From contig OZ316896.1 in assembly GCA_973895155.1 (NCBI GenBank), forward strand, positions 4,717,925 through 4,781,924: DNA of 64,000 nt. The letters are read 5' to 3'. The notes beneath the pieces are model-generated. The model had not been told where the DNA came from. It saw only the letters and a program-made list of their open reading frames with translations, and ran no database searches. The stretch is from Marsupella aquatica. Taxonomy: Eukaryota > Plantae > Marchantiophyta. The position numbers were made by a program, and so were the translations under genes. Shown here one piece after another: positions 13,363-26,560 of the stretch; position 1 is the first letter of the stretch, and every line of letters begins with the position of its first letter.

Positions 13363-13381
13363 CAAGAGTCAAGGGGGAGTT
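13363..13381 (+). other. Polypurine tract
   Basis: caagagtcaagggggagtt immediately before the 3' LTR. Confidence 0.85.
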
Positions 13382-13729
13382 TGTTAGATATTGCTCTAGT
13401 CTTGTGACTCATGAGCTAACCACAGTTAGTGAGTCTAACTCGGATTAGGACTTAGCTAATGTTAGCGGTAGTGCTATTGTGCATATAGCCAGGGCTGATG
13501 CTAGACCCTGGTGGAACTTAGGCTCATTGTTACGGAGCTAGTTGAGAGATAGGGAGAGCTTGTGCTATGGATGCTTGGTATGGCCGGTCGGCCTAGAGTG
13601 CAGTAAAGCTCTTGTGTGTTCCCGTGGACGTAGCCTCATGTGGAGGTGAACCACGTATCTCTGTGTGTCGACTCTTGTGCGTTGGATGGTTCATGGGCTT
13701 GCCGTTACGAATGTCGTCTATGCTCAACA
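13382..13729 (+). repeat. 3' LTR (348 bp)
   Basis: tgttagatattgc...tatgctcaaca followed by TSD tgttc. Confidence 0.97.
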
Positions 13730-13734
13730 TGTTC

Positions 13735-13925
13735 TTGCAGCCTCAACTGAGGCCTTAATAAACTTAGCATTTTCAAGATCATGTGCATCATGTGGTACAC
13801 CAACGACGGAGCCAAATGGCAAGGAAGAATACGTTGGAGAAGGCAGCCCAGATTATGACAACAAAAATGTCATCTAGAATTGTAAAATTACAAACAAGTC
13901 AAGTAGAGCACAGGTATCAATTGAC
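13735..13925 (+). pseudogene. DUF3504/Crypton-type recombinase, 3' part
   Basis: Continues across the TSD as (PPLF)LQP; then WYT, RKNTLEK and KITNKSSRA (13884-13910), matching the WY..lGkntl and iTnhS.Ra (HxxR-equivalent) motifs. Confidence 0.6.
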
Positions 13926-14294
13926 CTCTCGATGCAAACATTTTCATTGGCAATTGAAATATCTGGTCATCAATACGTCATTATCCAGTTTGTGTGGAGT
14001 AAGTAGGCAATGTGCAATGTTTGATAGAATAGACATTGTGAGTTATTCCTTTTGTTGTGCTTTTATGTGTGTTCTTTCATTCATTGTAGGTACAATGGAG
14101 GTGACAATTAAGGAGGTGAGAGAGAGCCATGCAAGGTATCATTGATGCAAAGATAGTTGCAGGGAAGCTCCTTAGGTGAAGTCAGACCCTGAATATGAAG
14201 ATTAAGCATCTCAAAGACATTTAAAAACAAGAAGTTGCAGCACTAGAGACGAGGCTAACAATGCTGAATCAAGAGAAAACAACACAAATAGTTT

Positions 14295-14430
14295 CAAAAG
14301 AAGAGGCCGATGAAGCCAAATTGTGGGGGCTATATTGAAGTACAGACTCTCTGTAAGCGCACTTTCTTATTGGAGTGGCCAAATTGTGGGGGCTATATTG
14401 AAGTGCAGACTCTCTGTAAGTGTACTCTCT
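14295..14430. repeat. Tandem duplication (~63 bp)
   Basis: gccaaattgtgggggctatattgaagt.cagactctctgtaag occurs twice. Confidence 0.8.
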
Positions 14431-17152
14431 TATCTGAGCAAACGGGGATGAAAATGAAAAAGTACTAGCTGCTACAATTACTGCTCCAATCTTTGGAGGT
14501 CGTAGTTTCCAGGATCTTACCAACCGTCCAATTACAATAATCAATATCACTTACTCCAGTGCAGCAATGAAATGCATATGAGGTTTAAATTTCCAACAAC
14601 AAAAATTGTAAAAAAGTATACTTAGACCTATATCTACATATGAAAGTTCCAACAAGAACAACTCAATTCGCAAGTGAAGACTGACCACTTTAATTCTGAA
14701 TTTATGAGTATATGCATGATGTGACATTCTTTTACAAAGCAATATATATAGACAATACAAAATGATAATATAAATGCAATATAACTTATTTGTATATTGG
14801 CTTAACTATGAACTAGTCATGCTTAGTTTGTTTACAACTACGAGCACAACCAAAAATGACTCATCAAACTTTTTTTCCTAATTTAAAGATGCTTCAAACT
14901 TGGTTTTTGATTGAAATTGATACAGAAAGAGTTAATATGAAATTTTTGCAAAGTCTAAACTTAGGTTATTTACGCAATTTGTGTATGTGATTATGTATAT
15001 ATGCGGTGTATGTATTCTTGTGTCCTTGTTAAATGCAATGTTTCTGATGACAAAGCTAGACTAGCAGTGTGAGAACCTCATGACGGGAGCTCATGTAGGT
15101 GTTGCCCTTCAGACATTTAATCCAACTAAGTTCAATTAATCTGGGTGTGTTTATGACACTTTACAGACAACACAAGCTTCATTTTTTTTGTTTGAAAACT
15201 ATAGACAAAAGAGACATTGAACAGAGGATGAGCTTTACCGATAGGTTTATTAAACAATAAATTTCTTAAAAGATATATAATTCTTATTTACAATGCAATT
15301 GTATACAATAAATTATTCTTAAAAGATAGCCTAGACCTTAGAAATATCATGAATGTCAAAGCTAAACTAACAATAATTGGAAAACCTGCATTAATTTGCT
15401 AGTAACGCTTTGGTTGTATATATATACACGCTGTAAAGAAATAGCACACACTATAACATATATAATTATATAGTTTTATTGTTCACTTGAGGCATCTTAG
15501 TAACAATCACAAGGCTATGTATTCTAGCTGTAGGATTCTAAATAATGCTTTATATTCATAATATCTTTCAAAGACACTCATTTTAAAGAATTACTATTTT
15601 CAATAATCAAAACTAGTTTTTGACCTTTTGTCTAAGTTTAGTGCTCATTTGCTTTTAGGTCTGACTATATTTAAAGTTTTTGAAGTTTGCATTTGACCTT
15701 TCTTTCAAGTTCAAAGTATGTCATGATTATCCCAGCCTCTTTTGATTTACTGAAGTGTACTTTGTTTGGCCTGGTTTTCGTAACTATCCATATCACGTAG
15801 TTTTAACCTCTTCTTTTGTCTGAATTTCATGATCGTTTGCTTCAATGTACTTCTGGATTTGAAGTTTTTAAAGTTTGCATATGACCTTTATTTTGACTTT
15901 TGTGTGTCATGAATACCTCTTTTTTAATATTTTACTTCATTGTATTTTGTTTGGTTGTCAGTTAGTATTTGTTTTGACCATTTCTTTTGAGTTTTGTGCC
16001 TCTTTTGCGTGTACTTAAAAATGGCAACCTATTAAATCTGAGTTCTCCTTGTATATAATAACCCCAATCATGTTTTGTAATGCCTCATAAAAAATCTAAG
16101 TAAACAAAAAACTAATGGAAAAATATTTTTTTGTGAAAAACAATGGAGTCTAATATACCAATCTTACTTATAAATCTCCAACTACAAGCTAGAGTTGGGG
16201 TCTAGGTTTCTAGAATGAAGCCTCTAGACAGAACTCCATGGCTCATCATGTGGATGAGAAAACTTATATCTATGACGTATGTCATGTCAAATGATAATCA
16301 TGACTGCATTTTGTTATGATTTCTATTTATATTAAAAATTGATCTCTATGGCACCACCATATTATATGTGCATAAGTGGGATGTGAGATAAAAAAACTGA
16401 AAGTGGGATGTGCATAGAAAAAAGTACTATGGTATGTTATGTATGATTATTAAAATGATGATATGCATGATAATTTATTTATCATTTCATTAACCTTCAA
16501 AACATGTGAATAAGAAATATATTTTGGTGACATTTTATTGTCCTCCCCGCTATTCACGTTCAAAGAACGGGTAGTCGGGGCTAGTGTTTTTAAACATAGA
16601 ACTCTAATAGCCTCCGTATCTTGTAAAGTCGGTAAGATAAACTGAGCAAACTAGAATATGGGGAGATACATATTTTAACAAAAAATGGCATCCTAGTAAA
16701 TATTAATTCTCTAATAGGCCCATGTCTTGTCAAGCCTGATTGCAAAGCACTAATTAAACTAAAATATGCTATTTATCTCAGCCTTTTTTATCCATTGTTT
16801 TTTATTAGAAAGGGAAACCAATCCTGGCCCTTCATAAAAAATGAATATAAAATAATGGAAAATTGAGGAAAATTCTGAAACACTGACTTTGAATATATAC
16901 AAAAACCAATGACTATTTTTTAAAGTAACAAACATAACAAAAATCATCCCTCCTATTACCTCCATCACCCATCTGACTGGCATCCCCTGCATTTCCTTGT
17001 CTCCCTCATTGTCTCCCTTGTATTTCTTTGCCTTGTCTTGACTCTTTGCTTCACCTTGATAATTTTGTATTGCCTGTACATCTTTGCCTCACCCTTACAA
17101 TTTTGTCTCACCTAAACATCTTTGCTTCACTCAATATCTTTTGTGCAAAGTG

Positions 17153-17335
17153 CAATAGGGCGTGTCAAAGCACAGTTGTATCTGAGTTACGGTTTAGGAC
17201 ATAAAATGCACTTACTGCCAGGATAGAATTGTTATGGGTTACCAAAATACATACCCCATAAGGGTGGTATGTACAAAATAAAAGAAAATCAGATGTAACC
17301 AAAATGTTACATGAGAACTTTGACATGCCCTATTG
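17153..17335. mobile_element. Short MITE-like inverted-repeat element
   Basis: caatagggcgtgtcaaag ... ctttgacatgccctattg (17/18 inverted match); no clear TSD. Confidence 0.45.
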
Positions 17336-18500
17336 GGCTCAACTCTAATAGGTTCTCATGTCTTATGAAAGCATGTTCATAGTTTTAAAGATATTAATAT
17401 CTTAACTTTAACAAACCGTATGCCCGAGCGTTGCATGGCGCAAGGAGGGCCAAGAGGAGGGCTGACCCATAGGGAGTCGGGCCAACTAAGGCATATATGG
17501 GGCAGCCTGAGAAGCACATAATTATGTGCCAGGGGTGCCCATTTCCTCCATCAATTTTCAGGAAAAACAGTCAACTAAATCCAATGGCTGTGGATCTTTC
17601 CCGCGCAGGGGCTATTTTGTAATTGGGACGGAGGACAAAAAACCAAGGGATCTCTTATCATAGTTGCAGATTGGTAAAAAGCTGTAACTCAGATAGGCTC
17701 TCATGTCTTGTGAAAGCATGTTCTTAGTTTTTAATCTATATCTTCAATTGGTAAAAAGCTGTAACAACTCTAATAGGCTCTCATGTTCATAATTTTTTAG
17801 TATAAGTCTTTAATTGGCCTCCACCTTCATGATTATTAATATGCAACTAGGATACCCTCCCACATCTTGTAAAGCCACCCGTAAGATTCCTCGATGTATA
17901 ATTCTAAGAACCCAACAGGTTTTGTAAAGCCACCCATGAACGACCAACGAACAAGAGGAACGAACAAAATCAGGAGCGCTCGACGACGACGAAGACAACG
18001 AACGCTGTAGTAATTCACGGTAGTAACACTACTGGTCTGCGAAATCCGACGGAATGAAGCAGAAGACCCCGTGGCCGGATCGATGCTCCTCGAGGGACGT
18101 GTGCGGCGGTGAAATTTCGGAGCCTAGCAACTGGAGTCCGCAGTGAGTCATGGTGGAGGATTAATGGTGTTCACGTTGCGTTGGCGAAGCCCAATTGCTG
18201 CTGGTTTTAGCCTTTTTAGGGCGCTGATGAGTTGAGCGATTTCATTCTGCGGCCCGAAGTGTGGAAGAGATCTGGTTTAGGATTCGTCTCCTGGTCCCGC
18301 AGAATTGCCGTCGCGTTTTGCTGCTCTCTGATTCTGTGGACGGCATGAGAGAGTTGCGGCACGGTGAAGGAAGCATCATGGCGAGGAGGCGGAGTCAGGG
18401 GAGCCGATAGATTGGCTGTGGATGACGTGCCGAGAAGGAAAGAGGGGGTTGAATCCGAGCGGGGAGCACACATTCTGCGTAATCTGATCGATCGGGCGCG

Positions 18501-19694
18501 ATGTCTGATCTCGGAGGGCAGAGTGAGTGCTCCAGCTGTGGGACTGATTTGGGGTGGAACACGGTGGAGTACGCTTGCGAGACGTGTTTCAACACGCGCG
18601 TGGGCAACAAGCCTCAGAAGGACTGGAAGGAGTTTCCCGAGCCAGGGAAGTATTACAAGAGCCCCTGCAAGTTCTGTCTCCAGTGTTCTAATGCGGCGAA
18701 GTGGCAGCAGAACGCGACTCTCTGCTATTCGTGCCATTCAAGGGAGGAGAAGACTGCACAGAACCAGCTCGACTTCTTACGGCAGCTGGATCCTTCTCCC
18801 TTGAGCAAGGACTTCAAAGGCGATATTAGCTTCATTGTGGAGGGTAGCCAGCCGATCCAAGCTCATCGTTTCATTCTGGCCAGTAATTCAACACTCATTC
18901 TTTCGTCATTCCGTCAAATCTGGGCTTTCGGCTTCCTTATCTGTTCTATTTGGTGATGATGATGCGAAGTATTATTTGCTCAATGCGAAAGTTTTCTTGA
19001 AGCAAGAGTTCTATTCATATGCACAAGAATGGGCTGTGCTCTGTGCCCTTGATATACATCAATTTTCAGCTTTGCGCTTCCAATAAGTGGAAAAGGATTT
19101 TGATTCTTATTTTTTGATATTTGAAATGCAAAACCAATTGCAACTGCACTCTGCCCTGGATGGACAGCTCCATAATCTTGAGCCGGATTCGTGAAAACGT
19201 TTTAGGATGTGAGACCTAATATGTGAGGAAGAGGGAGGGGCATTGTTGACTTCGCATTTTCCATGCTCCGTGCTGATAATAGTCGTCGGTCAAAAACTGG
19301 TTTCACTCTGCAGGCTGGCAAATCCCCTGTCTTTCGGAAAATGCTCGAGGTTGAGATGCGGGAAAATATATCTGGGAACATCCACATTGAAGGTACATCG
19401 GCCCCTGTCTTGCGAGCCGTGGTGAACTACCTGTACACAGCAGAAATTACATTCTCCGAGGAAGTGCCACCTTTGGAGGTGTTCAGCTTTTCTCACAGGT
19501 ACGACATTCCGTGGCTGAAGGAAGAGTGCGGGAGTGCACTGGCCAAGACTATATCAGCGCAGAATCTCTCAGAAATGCTGCGACTGTCTTATCGTTTTGA
19601 GGCAGAGATTCTGAAGAGAGAAGCTCGGAAGTTTTTTGAGGAACACCCAACCATTCATCTAAGCGTCTTGGATGATCTTCTCAAGGACTTGTAA
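18501..19694 (+). CDS. BTB/POZ-domain protein with Cys-rich N-terminus (exons 18501-18878, 19314-19694; ~252 aa)
   Basis: Exon 1 ends LDFLR..FKGDISFIVEG..IQAHRFIL; exon 2 reads AGKSPVFRKML..VNYLYTAEI..SHRYDIPWLKEEC. The in-frame junction requires a GC donor at 18879. Confidence 0.85.
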
Positions 19695-22625
19695 ACCGTC
19701 TGCGTGCCCGAGGTGGTGTGGTGGCATCATTGATATCGAAACCGGAAGCCCCCAAATCGAAGATATGAATTTTATGGGCATATTCATACTGATAAATTCA
19801 GCTGCACCCGTTCACTTACAGAATTTTCCCAACTCATCCTTACGCTTGGGCTGCAGGTCTTTCGAGTGTCCTAGATCTTCATGCAGACTTGTAAGAGTTC
19901 TTGGAAGGTCTGTACAGTCGACAGCACGGTAGAGGATGTTTCATTACTGCTTAGTTGCAGGGTAGCTCAAAGACCTCCCCAGTTCAGACTGTCTTGCGTG
20001 ATGAAGTCACCTTAGCTGAAACTCTACTGTGTAATTTTTATCGAATGCGGTACGTAGATCGCCGGAAACTGAAATAGGTTCCATTCGTGGATAACGTTGG
20101 TTCTGTATCTAGAGTTGTGTTGTTTGCTTGTGGCCTCGAGGTACTTGTTGCAGCCCTCTGTCGATACTGTGGACCATTTAACATCAGTGTACTGTCATAT
20201 ATTTTGTCAAATGAAGTATGGGCTCGAAAGAAAGCGTCCAGCTTCGGGGACTGAAGTCTATCTACTGTTCAAATGAAGTTCTAACTTTTGTTAACTCCCA
20301 AGATCCAGAGAGCTTCTGCTAGGTTTTGCATATGAAACACAACTTCGGTAGTGTTTATCTCGTTTCCAACCATCTTTCTACCTGAAAATGAGTATGCAGG
20401 AATATTTTGTTCCAGTGCTTCACTAGTACCTGCCCACAGAAAAAGTAGTCTTGAGTTTTAAGAGTGGGAACCGTACTCACGTATCACACAGTACTCAGAT
20501 GTTAGGATTGGCCATGGTCTTCATTTTCTGATTTAGAATTGAAAACCTTCTGTCAGCGATGATATCGTAAGGCAGATCTGCCTCAGGAAAACTTCCATTA
20601 GGTTAGGAAGCCATAGATTGGAACAAACATGAGGAGAAGGGACAAACATGAAAAGTTTACGTTCTTCATTTGACCTCGCTTGGAAAATGTTTTCTTTCTG
20701 GCAGAGTTGCACTCGTACGAAACCTGTGATTGAGAAAACGGATGGTTTTGGAGTGTTCTAAGTCAAGAGCTTTTCTCCAATGCAAGGTCTCCCGCAGTCT
20801 AGATCAAACTTCAATACCGAGTACAGGGTCGTCCATATGTGTTTCTCCAAGGCAAGCTGTTTCAGCCCTGTGCAAGCCCACCTTTGCATGTTGAGGACTC
20901 AATATGCAGTTGTCCGCACGAAGTTGCTCTGTACTAGTAATCCAGGCTTGTTCTCTGTTTCCAAGCTGTTATGGAATCGAGCCATGGAATAACGTCCAAC
21001 AGAGGATGACTCCATTGTATGCGTTACAGGAAGGGTACTCGTTGAAAATGGCTCTGAATCAATTCAAGGTTGTCGGTCCTTTGGCACTTCATTCCTGTAA
21101 AATGTGTTTGCAGTTTATGTTCTTCTAGCTTCCGTGCAACTGCAAACTTTTTGGAACCTGTCACTGGAAAATTTGGAAAATTGAGACTAGGCTTCTGAAT
21201 ATACCACGGCATACATACGGGAGATGACTTGCTCCAAAACTCATCTAGTTTTCCGTGAAGAAACTCTTGACAGAAAGTACCACGCTCTCAAAATGTGGAG
21301 ATGACAGTTCAAACGTTCATCGAGGTATCCATGAAGAAACTCTTGACAGAAAGAACCACGCTTTCAAATGTGAAACCTCAATTTCAGGGGGACTCGGTTA
21401 GCTGGTAATGGATTCCGAATCCTTTTTGCTATTCCACCAAAGAATCATATCCCACTCTTGTCTGTAGCTATCACTTCCTCTGAGTCGACTCTTGCTATCA
21501 CTTCCTCTGAGTCGACTCTTATGCTGAGGGAGTCTCCTCTGGCCTGTAGGGAATTTTTCGTTGAGATGTAGAGTGATTCAAAATTTAGTAATCTTTATCT
21601 ATTTGAGATGTCTTCAATTCCGTAAGACAACCTAGAGTGCCACAACGTTGACAACTTACTCAAACGAGATCCATTTCATACTTCTGAATGCCTCGAGTTG
21701 GAGTATATTGTTTGTGTTCTCCAAGCTCTGCCGGTACAAAAATTTGGGATTTGGAAATCACTTTGAACCATACACAATGGTGATGTCTGTTATCTAGGAG
21801 ATCCTCTCTCGGCGTTGCGATAGACCGACTTTATGTGCTGCGGACGGACAATCACTTCAACAAGATCTTTCGCAGGAGTAGTCCACGCGCCTGTTGCTTT
21901 TTTAGATGGATGAACTCAAATTATGAACATTTGACGCCACTACCTTCGTCTGACACGAGGAGTCAGTAGCTTTTCAATTTAGGTAGGGATAGAAGTCGAT
22001 AGTGAATTCATACGAGACCATACCCCCACTGATCGAATTTGATCAAACCGAGCAAGCGAATTAATTACTTCCTGAAAACCTGAAGCCGAACTTGAAATGT
22101 TATAAGGGATATGAAGGACACGAGCAACTTGAATAATGAGAGTACCATTAGGACCAGCACACGTGCAATAGAGAGGATAAACAGATGAAGCAGAAGCAGT
22201 TGAACACACACCGTAAGCCTCAATTGGTAAAGAAGCACTTCAAAATTCACGAAATGGAACTCTAGCTCCATACTGAATTTGCTGACTTGTTTGAACACAT
22301 TGTATCCGCCACTAAGTTTCTATGATTGCTCACTCATACAGAAACATCATTGCTTCAAAGTCTTTACAAGTTTCCTTCTGATGATCGTCAGGTTCGGGTG
22401 AAGAATGGCCTAACAGCTAGTATCTTCCTACCTAGGCAACGACCTTACGGCACTAAGCTAGACCAACATGCTTCCTTCACCCTGGTTCCCATGATCATAA
22501 TGAAGGGAACCTGCTCAATGGCAACGAGCTCACCGTTGCAAGACAAGGACCTATTCGTTAGAGGAATCGTGTTGTCACGGGTGCCGTACGAATTGCATGC
22601 TATGTATTTCAGATATTCCATAGAC

Positions 22626-23962
22626 TCACAAAGCGGCCATAACTTCCGGGAATGCAGTATCAAAATTCTCTTTTAAGTATTTGGTTGCTTCTTCTTGGAG
22701 CCTGGTTGCACTCCACTTCTTGCTCAGACTCAATATGTGAGACAGGTTGTCGTTGTTCAATGTCGTTAAGACTTCCTTCGTGCACTCTTTCTCAAGTTTG
22801 GGTAATCTCCGATGACAGGCCACTTTCATCACCTCCAGCGCTGTTATTCCCTCTGTGAAGGCGATCACTCCACTGCAGACGTATTCGAAGACGGCAAAAT
22901 CGACTGCTTCTGAGTTAGTGTCTTGGGCGCTGTCTAGGTTCTCCCAATTCTCCAAGATTTCATCCATGCACACGGTTTGAAGATGACCAATCCCGTAATC
23001 ACGAGCAACTGTCAGGACGTCCTCTGCGGTGACTTCCTTCGTGAATTCGATCTCGGCATCGTGGCAAAATTTGAGGACTGCCCGCATGACTGGAGCGCTA
23101 CAGTGGTTAATGGTGTAAAATCTGTCATTCCTTCTAGATGTGCCGTTCCCAAACATGCGTTTGAAAACAGGTGACTTGCTGGCCTGCAAAGCCATTCGAA
23201 ACAGATTAAACGCGAAATGGAAATTAGTTTACTCTTCGAAAGATAAGTTGCGGTACAGTGCAGTCTGTAGGCTGAATATTTAACAGTCCTACAATGGTCA
23301 GTCTCGCCAGGTAAACTTAACAATCTACATCCGGAGCAAGCTCTTGGTCCTGACTTTTCCAGTCTCGCCGGGAAAACCATAGTAGCTCCGATTAACATAC
23401 TCGTGGGATCCTAAGGCATCTACAGTAATTGTACTCCACACTTATCTATGACAACAGAGAACGAAGGAAGCATAAGTAAAAGTGACCCTGGGAAGTGTGC
23501 ACCTCTGAAGTTTCAGCTCTTCCTATTGGAACAGAAATATGGCTGGCCTGCGCCGAATAGTTCAATATGTGTACTAACCAGAACGAAACGTCGAGCGTGC
23601 TGCAGCTTTCCGCCGTCGGGATATTTCAGTTTAATCCGGACATCCTCCCCTTCGAATGCTTCATTTGCATGAAGCCTTAGAAAGTCTAGATTAGCCTTCA
23701 GCTTTCGTTCCACTCGCTTGGCCTTCGCTGCAGACTCCGCAGCTTTAATTGTAAGCTGCTTAAGGTCGGTCTCGTGCTTTTTTGCTACTCGCTTGAGTTC
23801 GGCTTCGTTCTGCGCACATGCTCCTTCACACTCCGCTAGCTTGGCTTCGTGTTCCGTTTTCATCGTCGCGGCTTCAACTCTAAGCCGATTAAGTTCAGCC
23901 CTATCCCTACTTGCGCGACTCTCCGAAGGAGACCTCTCCTTAGCATTGACAAGAGAAGACAT
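22626..23962 (-). CDS. BTB/POZ-domain protein with coiled-coil N-terminus (exons 23962-23579, 23183-22626; ~313 aa)
   Basis: NLDFLR..FEGEDV..HARRFVL|ASKSPVFKRMF..VLKFCHDAEIEF..YGIGHLQTVC; GT-AG intron at the same position as in the neighbouring BTB gene; the helical part of the BTB is partly repeated. Confidence 0.85.
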
Positions 23963-25299
23963 TGCTCAAATGGCAAAGGGGAAGAGGCAGCTCGCCCCGC
24001 AGCTCGCTCGGTTACTACTTGAACAAGAGCAGAATTAAAATTGTGCACTGAATCCTATCTCTGGTAAACCTTCTCCTCCAAATACCTTAATGCTTGGCTT
24101 CCTGGATACTGATCGTTAATTCTAGACTTCTCTTCAAATTCCCGGAATGCTAGTAGCTGCCCAATCAGTCCTACTTGAAACATCCGCGGGAATCCAAGTG
24201 ACACAATCAAATCCAAGCCGACCGTAGGTTCATTACGACTCTCAGAAGACAATATGCTAAAACTCAAAAATATTTGGCGGCGAGGGTCGTGATCATAGAA
24301 TGATAGCATCTATGTGAGCCGGCCCACAACAGCTTTCCCGTCCTTAGCAGTACGGACGGGTGGTAAGGACGAGTACCGGCCATTCTCGTCCTGAGTGTGA
24401 CGCTGACTGTCTGTGATGTCCGTTAAATTCTTCTTGCCCATTAGTGATTGCGAGATCAACCCGAACGTTAACCCGAACAGGATTCGCATGTGCTCTCATG
24501 TGCTCTGAAGGTGCGGCGCAACCTGCTCGCTGTCTCACAGATGTGCCAATTGCATTCTGTTATACGCAGTAAGTCACCAACTGAACTGCACTGCGTGTTT
24601 GTGATCGAATGAACGCACTGTTGCAATGTGCCGGATACAGACTATACAGAAAGTAGTTCACTGGTCTACAGAAAGTGGCGTCGGTACGTAGACTGAAACA
24701 GATCTTCCCCATCGGTCACTCTCAAAGAACGACGAATGGATCAGATATTCAGTGCATAGCCGTGCCTCTCCGAATTTTGCTCAATTTTAGCTTCTACAGA
24801 TCGGCACCAAAGCTGTGCTGGTGTGTTGTAGCCTTCGTTATCCAGGCTTTGCCGTTGCTCAGTCCGTGAAAGTGTAATGCGACCGTCCCTCAAAACGATT
24901 TCCAACGCTCTCGTGATTACCATATGACGACCTTTTTCTGGATATATATCTGAAGGGAGCATACACAAGTAACATACTTAAACTTGATGTGATTACATCA
25001 GGTGCATTGAATTGATCCCATATCATTATGTCTTCAACTCCTTATTTCTTCCAGTCGTCCTGGTTTCCTGATTCTTAAGTTCATGCTAGAGACATCAATA
25101 CGCCGTATGAAAATGAGGTTGTACACGGTTGATGCGAGGATTACTATATCTCGAATACTTCGCACGAGCCAAAAATTCGCTTGATTATATTCCAGATATA
25201 AAAAATTCCGCGTGAGGAATGTATGTGTCATCTTCATGTTCCTTCTCCACCACTTCCTGAGAGGAGTCGGTCAGGAATTGCATGCCGCATATCCAAGAT

Positions 25300-26560
25300 C
25301 TAGGGATATCTGGCCAGAAACGCAGTGTGAAAGTATTCCTTCAAGAACTGCGATGCTGCTTCCTGGAGCCTTTGTACATCTTGCCGAACATCCGCACCGC
25401 TGCGTGGTTGTCTTATTTATCGTCCGTATGAGTGCCTCTCTGCACTAGTCTTCAAGTTTGGCAATGTTACGACTGCAAGCTACTTTCAACACCTCCTGTG
25501 CTGGTATTTGCTCCGCGAAAGTAGTTAATACAGGACAGTAGAATTCGATAATGGTTAAATCAATAGAACTGCGAGCTGTTGAGTCAAGGCCTTCAGCCAT
25601 GTCAAAGAGTTTTACTTGTCCATGTCGTAAATTTTTTCAGCAGTTCGTCCACATTCCACAGGCACACCTATGGCGAGCAACTCTCAACACGTCTGGTGCG
25701 GCAATGATTTGCTTCCTGACGTTCATGAATGCAGTACGGCAGAATCTGATAAGTGGCCGCATTACTGGAGCAGCGCTACTTTGTGATGTCAATTCATATT
25801 ATACCTGGGAGCTTCTGTACATACGCACATACTGCGGTAGCGATAGTTTTTAATGTCAATTCATATTATACCTGTGCGAGCTTCTGCACATACTGCGGTA
25901 GCGATAGTTTTTAATGCTGTCAATTCTCTTATATATATCGCTTTCGAGTCATGGTGTACTCAAAAATACGTTTGAAGGCAAGTACCGAGGTACTTGGGTG
26001 AGGATGCAGCTGTCAATTCCTTTCTATCGCTTTCGAGTCATTGTGTCCTCAAAAATCCGTTTGAAGACAGGTACGTGAGTTGTTGGCCTGCAAGCAAAAA
26101 TTAATAATAGGCACAGATTGTAAAAGTTACTTGAAGATTAGGGAGACGGAAGGCTGAATGGCAAGACTACAATCAACACGTATCTAATGCAGTGATCCCC
26201 GGAGTGACATCACGCAAGGATTTCAAAATGATTACTCACCCATATTTAATCGGTGGTTTCCCTGGTGGTATCCTGAACTGCAGATTTCTCCCTTGCAGAT
26301 TTCTCCCTGGTGGTTTCCTGAACGATTTCTGCCGTTCGGCAATGCGTTTCAATTGAGCCAAGATATCCTCAGTCCCCTTCGAACTCACAATCCGGATCAA
26401 GATTGCAAAAGTCTAGACAACCTGGTATTTCTATGCCACTTGCCTGTCTGCGGCTTCAAATTCTGCGTTCCTCGTCGCAGGTTCAGTTCATGTCTCCTCA
26501 TCTTGAAACATAGTATCTCGAGTATAAGAAAGCTACTCGCGTGATCTACTTTCCAGAGTC
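25300..26560 (-). pseudogene. BTB/POZ pseudogene, paralog of the 22626-23962 gene
   Basis: Minus-strand fragments LDF, FEGD, PVFKRIFEDTM, IAKLED*CREALIRTINKDN and RLQEAASQFLKEYFHTAF align by eye with the paralog; stops, frameshifts and internal duplications (25785-26050). 5' boundary approximate. Confidence 0.75.

Larger units (their letters stand above)
6498..13729 (+). mobile_element. Full-length Ty1/Copia LTR retrotransposon (coding region inactivated)
   Basis: TG...CA LTRs at 6498-6841 and 13382-13729; 5-bp TSD TGTTC at 6493-6497 and 13730-13734; PBS; PPT; domain order gag-PR-IN-RT-RH. Confidence 0.97.
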
